A DNA stretch of 63,756 bases, counting the filler, from Neolecta irregularis DAH-3 (Eukaryota): assembly GCA_001929475.1 (NCBI GenBank). It is 7 parts of 7 records of this genome, joined end to end, with 100 filler letters (N's around TTAATTAATTAA, not from the genome) between each part and the next. Parts side by side here need not be neighbours in the genome. Positions count along the whole stretch, not along the records: positions 20,279 to 28,012 come from LXFE01000403.1; positions 28,113 to 31,991 come from LXFE01000405.1; positions 32,092 to 44,598 come from LXFE01003595.1; 4 more parts are not named here. The stretch is one strand, 5' to 3'. The notes below the pieces were generated by a model. That model was not told the DNA's origin. It saw only the letters and a list, made by a program, of their open reading frames with translations, and did not search any database. This document shows, piece after piece, positions 25,746 to 37,674 of this stretch (position 1 is its first letter; each line of letters opens with the position of its first letter). The position numbers were made by a program, and so were the translations under genes.

Positions 25746-28012
25746 ATGCGTTGTTCAGCTGCCCTCGCGGCATTCGCCTTTTTCGCCTCTGTCTCGGCCC
25801 AGACAAGCCAATACAGTGCCCCGCTCCCGCTGATGCGAACTTCCTAACATCCACAGACATTGAATCCCGACCAATAGGCCCTGGCGTTAGCACATATATC
25901 ACCAATTCTGGGCCACCCACTGCCGTCCTCGACATTCTAGTAAATGCTCAATCTTTCGTTCTCGGCAATGGCGCTCTCTACGACATGAATTGGGATGCCC
26001 TCGGTATCCCATTAACTACAGGGAATGTGCTTAATCAATTACCCAACACAGCCTCCACTGTCAAATATCAAAATTTCACTGTTGCTACCAACACCAGACA
26101 ATTGACTTTCGTCAACAACGGCTACACCTTCTATCAATGTGGGACTGTAACGCCGTACAACCTTGAGGTTTCCGTCCCAGGAGGGGGGATCCCTGTCGGT
26201 CCTGCTCCATGTAACCAGGTGAACTTGTTTCTAAGCCCTGTGGGGATTGCCCCAATCCCTCCCCCTCCGGTCACTTCGTCTTGTAGGTTCCCACGTCAAA
26301 AGTGACTGCTGATTTGGATCAGATATTGTTGTTTCTGGCTCATCCAATACTGCACTCAATGGTCTTGCCTTGGCGGAGAACCCCCTAACTCAACAAATCA
26401 ATGTTAATGGTACTAATCCAACATTATTCTTCCACGATGGCATTGCCCAAACAATCTATGACAACTTGCTCAGAGTGTGGATTACCCATGGCACTGTTGC
26501 AGGCGGGGCGCCTTTATCATTCGGTCCGGCGGTGATCGCTGTGGTATATTTTCAATTTTCTTTTTTAATCTTACGATTTTAGGCTGATCAAAACTTTGTG
26601 TACACGGGAGGTGTAGTTTCGTATACTGACAGGGGCACCGCCTTATCACAATCCTTTTTGATCTGCCAAAACGGGCCGACGTTCATTCTTCAATCCGCCC
26701 CAAATGGCTCTATCGGTCCAAATTGTGTTAATGCCAATTTGGTATCAGTAGATCCAGCAAGCTACGTCCCTCCGGTCAGCTCCAGTTCAGTCGTCGCCAG
26801 CACCTCCTCTGTTCAGTCATCCGCCAGTTCCAGCACAGTTGTCGTCAGCTCCTCTGCTGTTCATTCATCCTCTGTTGCAAGTCCTACAACGACCAACACA
26901 GCAACTGGAACAATGACGAACACCGCAATTGTAACAATGACCCACACAGCAACTGGAACGAATATTTCCACCGTAGCGTCCGGAACAGCAACCACGGTCA
27001 ACTCAACGCCGACACCTGGTACCCCGCAATTTATTATAGTCGTCGATCATTCAAGCAACCCGGCTTTGAAAAACATGAGACTCTCACTCTCTGGCTCAGG
27101 TTCCAGTGGCATTATCTTCCTCATAACAGGAGATGGATCTCCAGCCCAGTTCGTAAACGGCTTCTTGCGATTCCTCGGGGGCTTTTTCGCTATCATCGAT
27201 GATGCCTCTAGCAATCCTTTTGGCGCCCCAGTTGACTTTAATGTCGACATTAACTCAAATTTTGGACTCAACCATAATTGGGCTTCCCTCCTTTCTCTCA
27301 AACGTCAGACTGGATCAAGTCTTTCTTTCGTTTCACCAAGTGGAGCGCCGGCCTTTTTCTTTGCTTGTCAAGTCGGAGGAGCATCGGGAAGCTTTGTCCT
27401 GTATTCGTCCTATAGCACAGCTGTTCCTGTAGGATGCTCAGTTGTAACCCTCTCAGTACAGACTAACAATGGACCACCCCCGACTCCTGGGTCTCCTTCG
27501 AATGGTGTCACCACGGTTACAAACGATATTTGTGTAAATGTTGCGGCTGTTCAGATCTGTACGTCTGGTGTATTCACGACCAACGGATCAGGAAACCTTA
27601 CCGTGTCCAATAATATCGATATCAATCTTGGTACAACATTCTTGGTTTGTGCTGCAAATTCCACCAATTGTCAAGCGGTCACTCAACTGCCCGTTACTAA
27701 TCTCCCATCTTTCGCAGTGACTTGCACATGCTCAATATGTTGCTCAATCGTGCCCCTCAATGCTGCCGGTTTTGCCAATACTGGAGCTATCGCGGCTGCT
27801 CAATCATGTGGATGTCTGGCTGGTTCGGCTCTTGCCAGTGCTGCTGCAAGTGCTCAGGCGAGTGCTGCTGCAACTGCTGCGGCTAGGTATATATTATGGT
27901 GCTAATAATTGTTAATTAATAGTGGCAATGCGGGTTCCTCTGGCTCCGCTGCTGCTGCTGCTGCTGCTGGAAACGGTGGGTCATCGTCTGCTGCTGCCGC
28001 CGCCGCCGCTGC
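25746..28012 (+). CDS. Secreted/cell-wall protein with repeated Cys-containing domains, Ser/Thr linker and Ala-rich tail; 3' end lost in gap
   Basis: Signal peptide MRCSAALAAFAFFASVSA; three FxxC...CxxxxL modules; S/T-rich stalk; TCTCSICC motif. Confidence 0.75.
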
Positions 28013-28293
28013 NNNNNNNNNNNNNNNNNNNNNNNNNNNNNNNNNNNNNNNNNNNNTTAATTAATTAANNNNNNNNNNNNNNNNNNNNNNNNNNNNNNNN
28101 NNNNNNNNNNNNCCCTTCGTGGTGCTGTTGCTGACCGCCAGATGAATCCCGTCGAGCATCCCCACGGCGGCGGCAACCACCAGCACATCGGCCATGCAAG
28201 CACCGTGTCCCGCTACTCCTCCGCCGGCCAAAAGGTGGGGCTGATTGCCGCCCGCCGGACTGGGTTGCTGCGCGGAACAGCAAAGGTCAAGGA

Positions 28294-28459
28294 TGCGTGA
28301 GCTGGAAGGGTAGTTGTGTTGTGTTGTGTTGTTGTGCGTGAGCTAGAAGGGTAGTTGTTGTGTTGTTGTGCGTGAGCTGGAAGGGTAGTTGTTGTTGTTG
28401 TGTTGTAGTCGTAGTCGTCGTAGTCGTCGTAGTCGCCGTAGTCGTAGTCGCCGTAGTCC
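28294..28459. repeat. Low-complexity tandem repeats (GCGTGAGCTGGAAGGGTAGTTG x3; GTT and GTAGTC arrays)
   Basis: Directly visible upstream of SEC61. Confidence 0.85.
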
Positions 28460-28579
28460 GTATTGATTGATTCAGGCCAGGGTCGTTACAGCCGCTCAAC
28501 GCAGAGGTCAACCTACATCTCGACGTGGCAACCTCCATCGTCCATACTGTAAATCCCATCGATCCGCTCATCCTCCACC

Positions 28580-30237
28580 ATGAGCCTGCGCTTTCTCGAT
28601 CTCGTCAGGCCCTTCCAGCCGCTGCTGCCTGAAATCCAGTCGCCAGACCGAAAAGTGCCGCGGCCTGCCACTGCGCTGACACAAAGGTGCCCTTCAACCA
28701 GCGGATGCTGTGGACCGCAGTCACCCTGCTCATCTTTCTGGTCCTGTCCCAGGGTTTGGCGCTGCCATTCCGCGCTGACTGCCAGTCCCCCTCTACGGCA
28801 TCGTCTCCTCGGACTCCTCAGACCCGCTGTACTGGATGCGAATGATCCTCGCCTCAAACAGAGGCACGCTCATGGAACTCGGTATTTCGCCCATCGTCAC
28901 CTCCGGAATGGTCCGCGCTCTCTTGCCCCACTGCTGAAAACAGGTCATCCAACTGCTCGCCGGCTCCCACATGATCGACGTCAACCTCGACCTCAAGTCG
29001 GACCGCGAACTCTACCAGTCCGCCCAAAAACGTACGCTCAGCCCCGGCCGCCACTGACCCCCCCCAGTCTTTGCCATGATCTTGTCTATCGGACAGGCCA
29101 CAGTCTATGTCCTCACCGGTCTCTACGGACAGCCAAAGGATCTCGGAGCCGGCGTCTGTCTCCTTTTGATTCTCCAGCTCGTCGTCGCCGGCATGATCGT
29201 CATCCTCCTCGACGAGCTTTTGCAGAAAGGCTATGGTCTTGGTTCAGGAATCTCGCTCTTCATCGCTACAAACATTTGCGAAAACATCATATGGAAGGCG
29301 TTTAGCCCCACTACCGTCAATACCGGACGAGGCCCCGAGTTTGAAGGCGCAATTATCGCCCTGTTCCATTTGCTCCTCTCCTGGAACAACAAGACGCGGG
29401 CTCTCAAAGAAGCCTTCTATCGAAAGAGTTTGCCCAATGTCATGAATTTGTTGGCCACTCTGGCTGTTTTCGCTGTCGTCGTCTATCTCCAGGGCTTCAG
29501 AGTCGAAATTCCAGTCAAGAGCAGCAAATTCAGAGGCCAGCGAGGCGCTTTTCCTGTCAAATTGTTCTACACTTCAAACATGCCAATCATGCTGGAATCC
29601 GCACTAACCTCAAACGTATTCCTCGTTTCCCAAATGCTGTGGACCCGGTTCCCGGATAACTTGTTTGTCAAGCTGATGGGTTCCTGGGAGGTTTGTTTTT
29701 CCCTTGTCGGTGCTAATATCAGGCTCGCGAGGGTTCTGCTCAGCTGAGAGCTGTTTCTGGTCTCGCGTATTACATGTCGCCCCCTCTTTCTCTCACCGAT
29801 GCTCTTCTCGATCCAATCCATACCGCAATTTATGTACCTGCCTCTCTTTTTCTGCGCTCACCCAAAGATCGCGTTCATGGTCTCAATCTGTGCTGTTTTT
29901 AGTAAAACCTGGATCGAAGTAAGCGGCTCCTCCCCTCGAGACGTTGCAAAACAACTCAAGGCCCAAAACATGGTAATTGCAGGTCACCGGGAACAAAGCA
30001 TGTACAAAGAACTGAAACGGGTTATTCCTACTGCTGCTGCATTTGGTGGAGCTTGTATTGGGTTGCTCTCAGTTGCTTCTGATCTCCTTGGAGCTCTTGG
30101 ATCCGGGTATGTTTCCTGCTGACTCGACTAACAACAGAACCGGAATTCTGTTGGCTAGTACAATCATCTACTCCTACTTTGAAATGGCTATGAAGGAAGG
30201 CGATCCTAGTCTTGCAGGATTTAGCGACTTGATGTAA
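28580..30237 (+). CDS. SEC61: Sec61 translocon alpha subunit (multi-exon)
   Basis: [69 protein letters not shown]. Confidence 0.97.
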
Positions 30238-30863
30238 TCCTAGTCATGTAAAGAAGGATAATAAGACATTATTCCTCCTCTCGAATGTGTTTAGATGGTA
30301 TCCACCGACAGCGACCAGATGACTGCCCAGCCACTACAGACCAAATATTGTTGAACCCAGCTAGATAACAGAATTGATATATCTGTATTAACCCTACTAA
30401 AGCCAGCAGAATAAGCAAATCATTTCAGTGCGACACGCGAGTTCTTCTTTTTTAGTACGACTTACCATATTTAGAAAATCTGAATCCAAATCAGGATTCA
30501 GATTCATGAATCCGAATCGAATCTGATACGGATTATATGCAGAACCCTATAAAACTGAGTATAGTTGCATTCATAATGCATCATTCTGATTACTAAGGTC
30601 AGGGTATCTTATCAATATACATCTACAGGGTGGCAGGTTGAGGCTATCATTGCAGGTTCTCCTTCGCATTGAGGCTGCTGAGACAGGAATAGTCAATACT
30701 TGTTAACTGAAAATAAATTGAATTACAAATTTGTCTGTTGAACAAAATTCTTTACATGTGGCATTCATTGCCTTTGAGTAATAATATCAATATCAGGCTC
30801 GATACGCTTCTTTGCGGTTCCAAACGGTACAACGCTAACGTGACTAGAACATCAGATGACTTG

Positions 30864-31247
30864 TTAAATCCCAACTTCATACTCATACACCCCCAGCACC
30901 TCACAACTACTATGACCCGTTTTAAATTGAATTTGTTTTACCTGGATTGGAAGCATGTGGCAAATGGACTTACCATCGGGATACAATACGATAAAGAAAG
31001 AAAGGCAAGGAGGTGAAGAACTTCTGCCGCATGCCCAAGCACAATATTCTACTGAATGGCCCATCTCATAGGATAATAAATGAACCCGTTTCCCTGGGAT
31101 TTCAGGGCAGGATATTTTGCTGCCGTAAGGAATAATATCATTAGCATTTTTGAATTCGCCAATACGAGGTGTCAAGGTTGAAAAATTAGTTATGGTTGCA
31201 AAGGAAAGCTTTGCGCACAAGGTGATGAAAAACAAGATCGACAACAT
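30864..31247 (-). CDS. Small secreted cysteine-rich protein, PAN/apple-like
   Basis: Signal peptide MLSILFFITLCAKLSFA; CxxxC...C.sF...C spacing; 127 aa, intronless. Confidence 0.6.
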   Translation of the reverse strand: MLSILFFITLCAKLSFATITNFSTLTPRIGEFKNANDIIPYGSKISCPEIPGKRVHLLSYEMGHSVEYCAWACGRSSSPPCLSFFIVLYPDGKSICHMLPIQVKQIQFKTGHSSCEVLGVYEYEVGI

Positions 31248-31334
31248 GCTTTGCCATAAGTTGGAAAATATTTAGGGCGGGCACCTCACGGTTAAATACT
31301 ATTTGAAAATACAAAAAGTGCACAATCATAATAG

Positions 31335-31539
31335 GAAATCTCCTAGTCCGGAAAGTAATCACTACGGCAAGAGCAAATGGCTCACTCTTTCAACACAATG
31401 CTTCTAAATGCGGGCAGATGGTTTGAATATTTTATTTTGAGGTTGAATTATAATACGAAATCTCCTAGTCTGGAAAGTAATCATTACGGCAAGATCAAAT
31501 GGCTGACTCTCTGTCAACAAAAATGCTTCCGAATGCGGG
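31335..31539. repeat. Imperfect ~80-bp direct repeat, period 122 bp
   Basis: GAAATCTCCTAGTC...AATGCGGG at 31335 and 31457. Confidence 0.85.
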
Positions 31540-31559
31540 ATGGGTGGTTGCGGGTCTGT

Positions 31560-31991
31560 TGTGCTCTCGTCGTTTCAAAGCGTATTCGGCCAACAGTTTT
31601 GGGGAATCAATGAATTCAGCTTCCCATGGCTGGATATATCAGTATAAATTTGGATTCTGTTGGTCTTCATCATATGACATACCGGCTCGGAAATGAGTGA
31701 TCCCAACATCAATCTGTTATTGAGGAATAAGGACATGACCCATTATACCCAGACCTCCAAGTTCTTTAGGACAATAGAATATGGCAGGTGGGAAACGACT
31801 TAGCATCTGCAAGGGTAAAGAATTTGGCAATGTCTGAGTAAGAGATACCTCGGAATTCAAACCAATCTTGACTCTCATTTGAACCTTCGTTTCGTATCGA
31901 ACAAGAAGATCTAGCAACTCGGGAATTGTAATAACGGCCTCTCGATAATAAGTCAATAAACTGATTAGTGCAGTGTTCCATTTGTTGACGA
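31560..31991 (-). pseudogene. PRP8: PRP8 (U5 snRNP) internal gene fragment
   Basis: [25 protein letters not shown]|..[53 protein letters not shown]; two in-frame stops, deletions, and a retained intron. Confidence 0.88.
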
Positions 31992-32091
31992 NNNNNNNNN
32001 NNNNNNNNNNNNNNNNNNNNNNNNNNNNNNNNNNNTTAATTAATTAANNNNNNNNNNNNNNNNNNNNNNNNNNNNNNNNNNNNNNNNNNNN

Positions 32092-32277
32092 CGGCTTGAA
32101 TCCGCTTCAAAAGCTGTGACAACTGCATGTCGGGCTCTTGTTCGCCATGTACAGGAGATCATCGCTAAACGGTCCAGAACGGCTCAAGAAGACGTCAACT
32201 TCGAAGGATTAGGTTCTCATGAATTCAAGGTCAGAGAGATGGAGCAACAGGTAGAAATTTTGAAATTGGAGAACGAT
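32092..32277 (+). repeat. Second copy of the SLA2 3' coding segment
   Basis: 186 nt matching 41009-41194 with 3 substitutions; bounded by gaps on both sides. Confidence 0.9.
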
Positions 32278-32287
32278 NNNNNNNNNN

Positions 32288-35200
32288 TTACAGACAGACG
32301 TCTATTTTGCAAACTCCCATTTTCGGAGACTCTTTTCGGCTTCAAAAGTCCGTTTTTGAAAAGTCTGGTCGTCGTTGTTCCAAAAGGGTTTTTCCTTACT
32401 ACACATCCTCGCATTATACAGTTTCAAATCAATTGGACCGTCGTTTTCCGATAATGTTGGCTGGCTTTCCTCAATCATATCCCATGGTCGACAAGGCATC
32501 TCATAAATTTTTTCATTCGTTGGGTCGATTAAATAAAGACCGTCCGTATACGGATCAAAGCGACTCGAAAGCATCAGCGAACTAGACTGCGGAAACGGCA
32601 AAGAATTTTCTAAATTTTCTTTTATTTTCGATAAATGTTCGTCAGAAACATCTGTAGCCATTAGTCCAATTCTTGCTAAATTTCCGTACCATTGATACAA
32701 TGCATAACGATTTCTAAAATGAATCGGTAAAGTGCACAGTCTTCCTGGACGACAGGAATCTAGAATTGTAAGACTAATGGTAGGATTGCGAATCTGCCTT
32801 GAGCGCGGGACAAAGAATGGCAGTCCATAGATGAGCACTCATTTTTTCCAGAGGGTCTTTCTTTGCAAAGCGGAATAAATGTATGCAACGAATAAGAATC
32901 GACAACCTTGACCATAAGTATTTGATAGTCGTTCATGGTTACCTTCGAAGACAATCTTCCTCGCCAAAGGCAGAACTTTTGTCAATATCCATCTTATCGA
33001 TATCAGACGCATTATGGAGTTCCTGAAGAAATACAACGACTTTGCTAGTCGTTTCTCGCAATTTCACTAGGGTCTCCGAGGCCAATGTCGGCACTTTAAT
33101 CGTTTCATCGACAAATGAACAATTTGAAAGAAGTGATTCAATGATTAGAAAATAGGTCTTCGTGCGCTCGATCACTCCTTCTTCACAAGGTTTCGTAGAC
33201 AACATATCAAACACAAGCATCAATTGTGTCTCGATGTGACTGAACAGCTAAGCAAAGTCAATAAAATAAAAAATAACAAAGGAAATAACCATTTGTTTTG
33301 ACGAAGATGACAAATTTGAAGTCAACTCGTTTCCATGGTACTGGTGATTCATTGCCGAGATACGGAGATTCTGGATGTATGTCTCAATAACTGAAGTAAC
33401 TGTTAATTCGTCATCAATTCCAGCAAGGGAGAAAATCAGACTGATTTCGTAAGCCAAGATCGTATTTGAAATTTCGTCAGCTTCATCAAGACATTCCACT
33501 AGCTGTTGCAATGGTTGACAAGACCCATTGAGACCTCGAAGACATCGAAACAAACGCAAGAGAATCCTCTTCTCACAAGTGCTTTCATGTCGAAGAAGGA
33601 AATCCGAGAAAATTTGTTCAGTCAGTGTACAAAAAGAACGTCTCCAAAGTTCCACAAAAGTAGACGTTGGCGCAATTTCAAAGTCTCCCTGTGTTTGTGA
33701 ATTTCCGGCTTCCACGCGGATTATGTAATCCAATAATCGATACAGAGCTGTCAACGCATTATTATCAGGTTGCATGATCGCAAAACGAAATGATAAAAAA
33801 TCCTGATATTAGTCCTGTAGTGAAGCAACATACGGAAATGGTCAGCCTCGACATTGAAGGATTCTCCAAATTGAAAAGCTGCAATAAAAGAGTCGTTTTC
33901 TCTGCCTGAACAGCAAGTTGTTCGCCCTATAGAACATCAAAGCATGAAATCTCAAGAAAATACAGCATGATCAAGGACAGCGTTGATGACATTGGAGAGA
34001 GTTGTAGCTCCATGCGCCAAAAGGAAAGCTAATTGAGGTTTTAGATTTTCCGAGGATGTACCTTCAGCAAGCTGGGATGCTAGATACTCTGATACAGCGA
34101 CATCGAAAGCACATCGATTGCACTCTGCAACATGCTCGACAATATTCGAATACGTCCATGTGTGTGTGTCATCTGGTTGAAACCCGTCATTGAAAACTTC
34201 CATGATGGCGCGAAAGGCATGCGCAACAGTATTGGCGTCTGAGGGCTCCAATGCGGCCATAGCTTTCGATATATCATTGGCACGATCTTTTGTAGTCTGT
34301 AAGTCGAGTCCAATATCAGATGCCGGTGTCAAATAGACATTTAACATGGCTTCTGAGATTCGCAGATTGAGTTCATTGAGGATTTGTTGAAATGGTGGAT
34401 CTATATGAACCAAATGCTTTCCTATTTTTCTTACCGTGGCAAGCGCCCTCTTTTCAACAAGGATTTCAAATTGAATGGATTGAAGCTTAATTCAGTATTA
34501 AAAATGGAGATAGAGGCACCTTTTGTGACAGACAAACAGCAAAACACGTAGGCTTTTCAAAAAGTAGGAAGATATCGAGATATCTCTCAAGGCAGAGAAT
34601 TGACGACCTCAGACTTGATGCATGCGTACAATTTCTTAGAAAATCAACTGCAACCTGTCTATCAGCGGTCATCTCGAGATTTGCCAGTACAGTCCGTAGC
34701 GCTTGATATTCCTGAAGCGTTTGGAGCAAAAATTGAACATGATCAAACAGGATACAGGATAAATTGGAGAAGCCATTAGTTTGGATTTGGCGAATAATCC
34801 AAGCAGCAAGTGAACTCTTGAGCGACCTATTAAGCCGCCGTATTTCGTCCAAGAAACTACTCTCATACAATGAATCCATAAAGATACTGTCGGGTTCAAA
34901 GAGATATGATTTGAGATGCTCTTTAATCAGAATAAGGCCTTGATCACATAAATCCTTTGGATCGTAAAGATTCAATAACACCGAATTTCTTTGATTTCGT
35001 ATTGCATTAGGAAGTTCTCCCGCAGCGATTTCTATCAACGGAATAGAATGACGACGGCTCCGCTGTCGTTGTCAGCTCAGATGTACCAGAAAACCTACGG
35101 GTCCAGAGGATTGATGGCTTGTAATAGTTCCTTTTGCTATCAGACTCCTCATATACTTGGAATATGAAAAGATTTTCAGTCGAACGAATTCTCCGTACAT

Positions 35201-36747
35201 CAGATAAATGCTATCCGAGTTTTCAACCCGGTTCGCCGTATACTCTCCAAGGAATTTAGCTAATAGGTTGTGAACATTGAAAGTGCTCGGTTTTTCCTTC
35301 TGGAAATGGACTAGAATACTCCCCGCAAGAAATAGGCGATACCTGCCCGTCCGGAATGGTGTGATAGCCCATTGACATATATTATGAACAATCTCTTCCT
35401 CGGTACCCCCAGTTTCGAAGCATCGCATGGTAATATGAGCTATATCAAACGGTATGTTTGCTGAATCAAGAATATGCTTATAAGTCCGGCAGTAGAAAGA
35501 AAACTCACTTCAACAACCCTTATATTCGAGGCGGGGGGACTTTGCAAACGACTTGGACTTTTGATTGCAGGTGTCATTCGAACAGATGACGCAAGAGTGG
35601 GCGCTCTTTTTAAAAGTTCCTGGTTTCAGCTATTGACTTTTTGTTAATATACCTGTAAACGTTCAGTTACTAGCTGAGCACCTTCCGGGTGCATATCAGC
35701 ATCTTTGATCTGGATATCAATAATTGGTTTATGATTCCATGAACCTGCACAAGTCGAGCCTGAATGACCTCGATTAAGCGCATCGAAAGCTTCCCATGAG
35801 TGAATATATGCTTGGCGAAATATTTCACGATCAGCAAATGGTGTAAAACGAGGCCATTGTCGCTAGCTTGGAGCTGTAAGATGAGTTTCTCCAGGAATAC
35901 TTCGTGATTGATCAGGTTCTCTGAGTATAACCTGGAGGCAAACTGCAGACAATATGATAATTTCTCCTCCCATTGCCGCGTTCCTTGGGGCATATCCCGA
36001 TGTCGACGCTCTTGTTCAACAACAGTCTTAATAAATGTAGCAACATGGGATGTCCATTCTACCAGCCAAGGATGTTGACTTGAGTTTATAGACACGCTCG
36101 TAGTACCCTTCCGTTTAAGACTGCGCAATTCATTCGTTCCAATACAACGTGCAAGCCAAACAGCACGTCCAAGTGGTATGCGTTTATTTAGGCATTGTTC
36201 AAGAATTGCTATTCCTCGGATACCATGGGGACATGATCTAGATAACCTTCGCAAAGGCAAACTAGAGTTCGCAAGATCACGAAGCCATGCCTCCCGCTTT
36301 GGATCTGTCAAAGTAACTCTGGGAGGGCGCTTGAAAGTTGACTGTCCCATAATCTTCCCATTTTCGACTCTTTTGTTAAGAGCCGAAATCAGAAATGCCG
36401 AAAGAGCGGACAAAGAGTTTGGTTGTCGCAGTGAGGTTATTAGATGTGTCTGCGCCGAGCTTGTTTCCCCCTGAGTCACTCAGCGTAAGACAAGAGGTAG
36501 AATATACGAGCACAGGAGCCTTGTCAATAAAGCCATTTTTGACAATGTTGGGTGAAAGGGTGTCTTCGATCGTTATATCTTTTTTTGGAAAGAAGTCTGG
36601 ATAGCCTTGCGAGTGAACATCCCGATAATTTTTGTACATACCAATTGAAGAACAGGATGAGTATGAAGCAACAGTCATTGGCGGTTTCATATCAAATGAT
36701 TGGAACCGAGAATCTTTGGAGAACGACGATTTGTGAGAGCGATCCAT
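32288..36747 (-). CDS. SRB8: Mediator kinase-module subunit Med12/Srb8 (multi-exon; 3' end uncertain near gap)
   Basis: Med12 domain FKRPPRVTLTDPKREAWLRDLAN..PLRRLSRSCPHG..IPLGRAVWLARCIG; YPDFFP; WAITPFRTGRYR. Confidence 0.88.
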
Positions 36748-37326
36748 TAGTTGAGAAGTAGAAGTGTATATTAATCAAATCTTACCTCCGATAAGCGTTA
36801 CCTCTCCATTCTGAAGGTTATATATGAAAATATACTGTAACTCTAACTACTGCGTTAAAGCAGGATTTTATTTCACGGGATGAACACACTAGGCACTTTC
36901 GACGAGGTTCCCCTAGTGTAGAACATCAGGGATAGTAAGGCTTCCCTTCACTTGTACGTTGAAAGGAAATATAATCGGAAACATTTCCTAGTCAGTTGAA
37001 ATGGCCATAGTCAGTAGAAGAATTGAAAGGACAAAAATGGAAAGCGCAATAAGACTACGTACATCGTTCGTTAGCAATATTATGTCGTAGCATGTACTAT
37101 AGATACTTCTAAGGTCTCTTTCTCGATTTATCCAAAGAAATAAATTAATCTGGCATATGTTGGAGCTAGTACAAACCATAAAGTCCCAAGTATCACAATG
37201 GAAAGGTTAAGAAGAAAAAAGTAGAATTGTTCGTCTCGTAGAGATATGCTTCAATTTCATGATTCCAAAAAGAACCAGCGCAGGACTTCTCTTCGAGCAA
37301 TTCAGACTGTGGTATATGAAGCAGAG

Positions 37327-37368
37327 ATAGCGATTAAAATGAAAGCGATTAAAATGAAAGCGATTAAA
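37327..37368. repeat. 15-bp tandem repeat (AGCGATTAAAATGAA) x~3
   Basis: Visible in the SRB8-SLA2 divergent intergenic region. Confidence 0.8.
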
Positions 37369-37674
37369 AAGTGTTATTCAATCAAAACTTGCCATGCGAG
37401 TCTAACCCCCCATAGACCATCCCCAAGATCATGCTCAAATCTCCTTGAGATATTCCATTTAGTAACTGGACTTCAATTTTAATTCTATTTGATAACTGTC
37501 TTTTGGGTTTCAAATTATGTTCATAAACTGAGAGTTTGGCGCATGTGTTAATGTTTGACGTACGGCGTCATATTCCCAGCCAAACAAAATCAGGACGACC
37601 GCGCCACCGCTCAATTCAGAATCACAATAACCACTAGGCCTCGCAAAGCCCTTTCAGCGGAAATTTGGGTTGAA

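Noticed and set aside
31560-31991. Possible PRP8 intein
   Set aside because: The only interruption is a short GT-AG intron; no intein or homing-endonuclease motifs are present.
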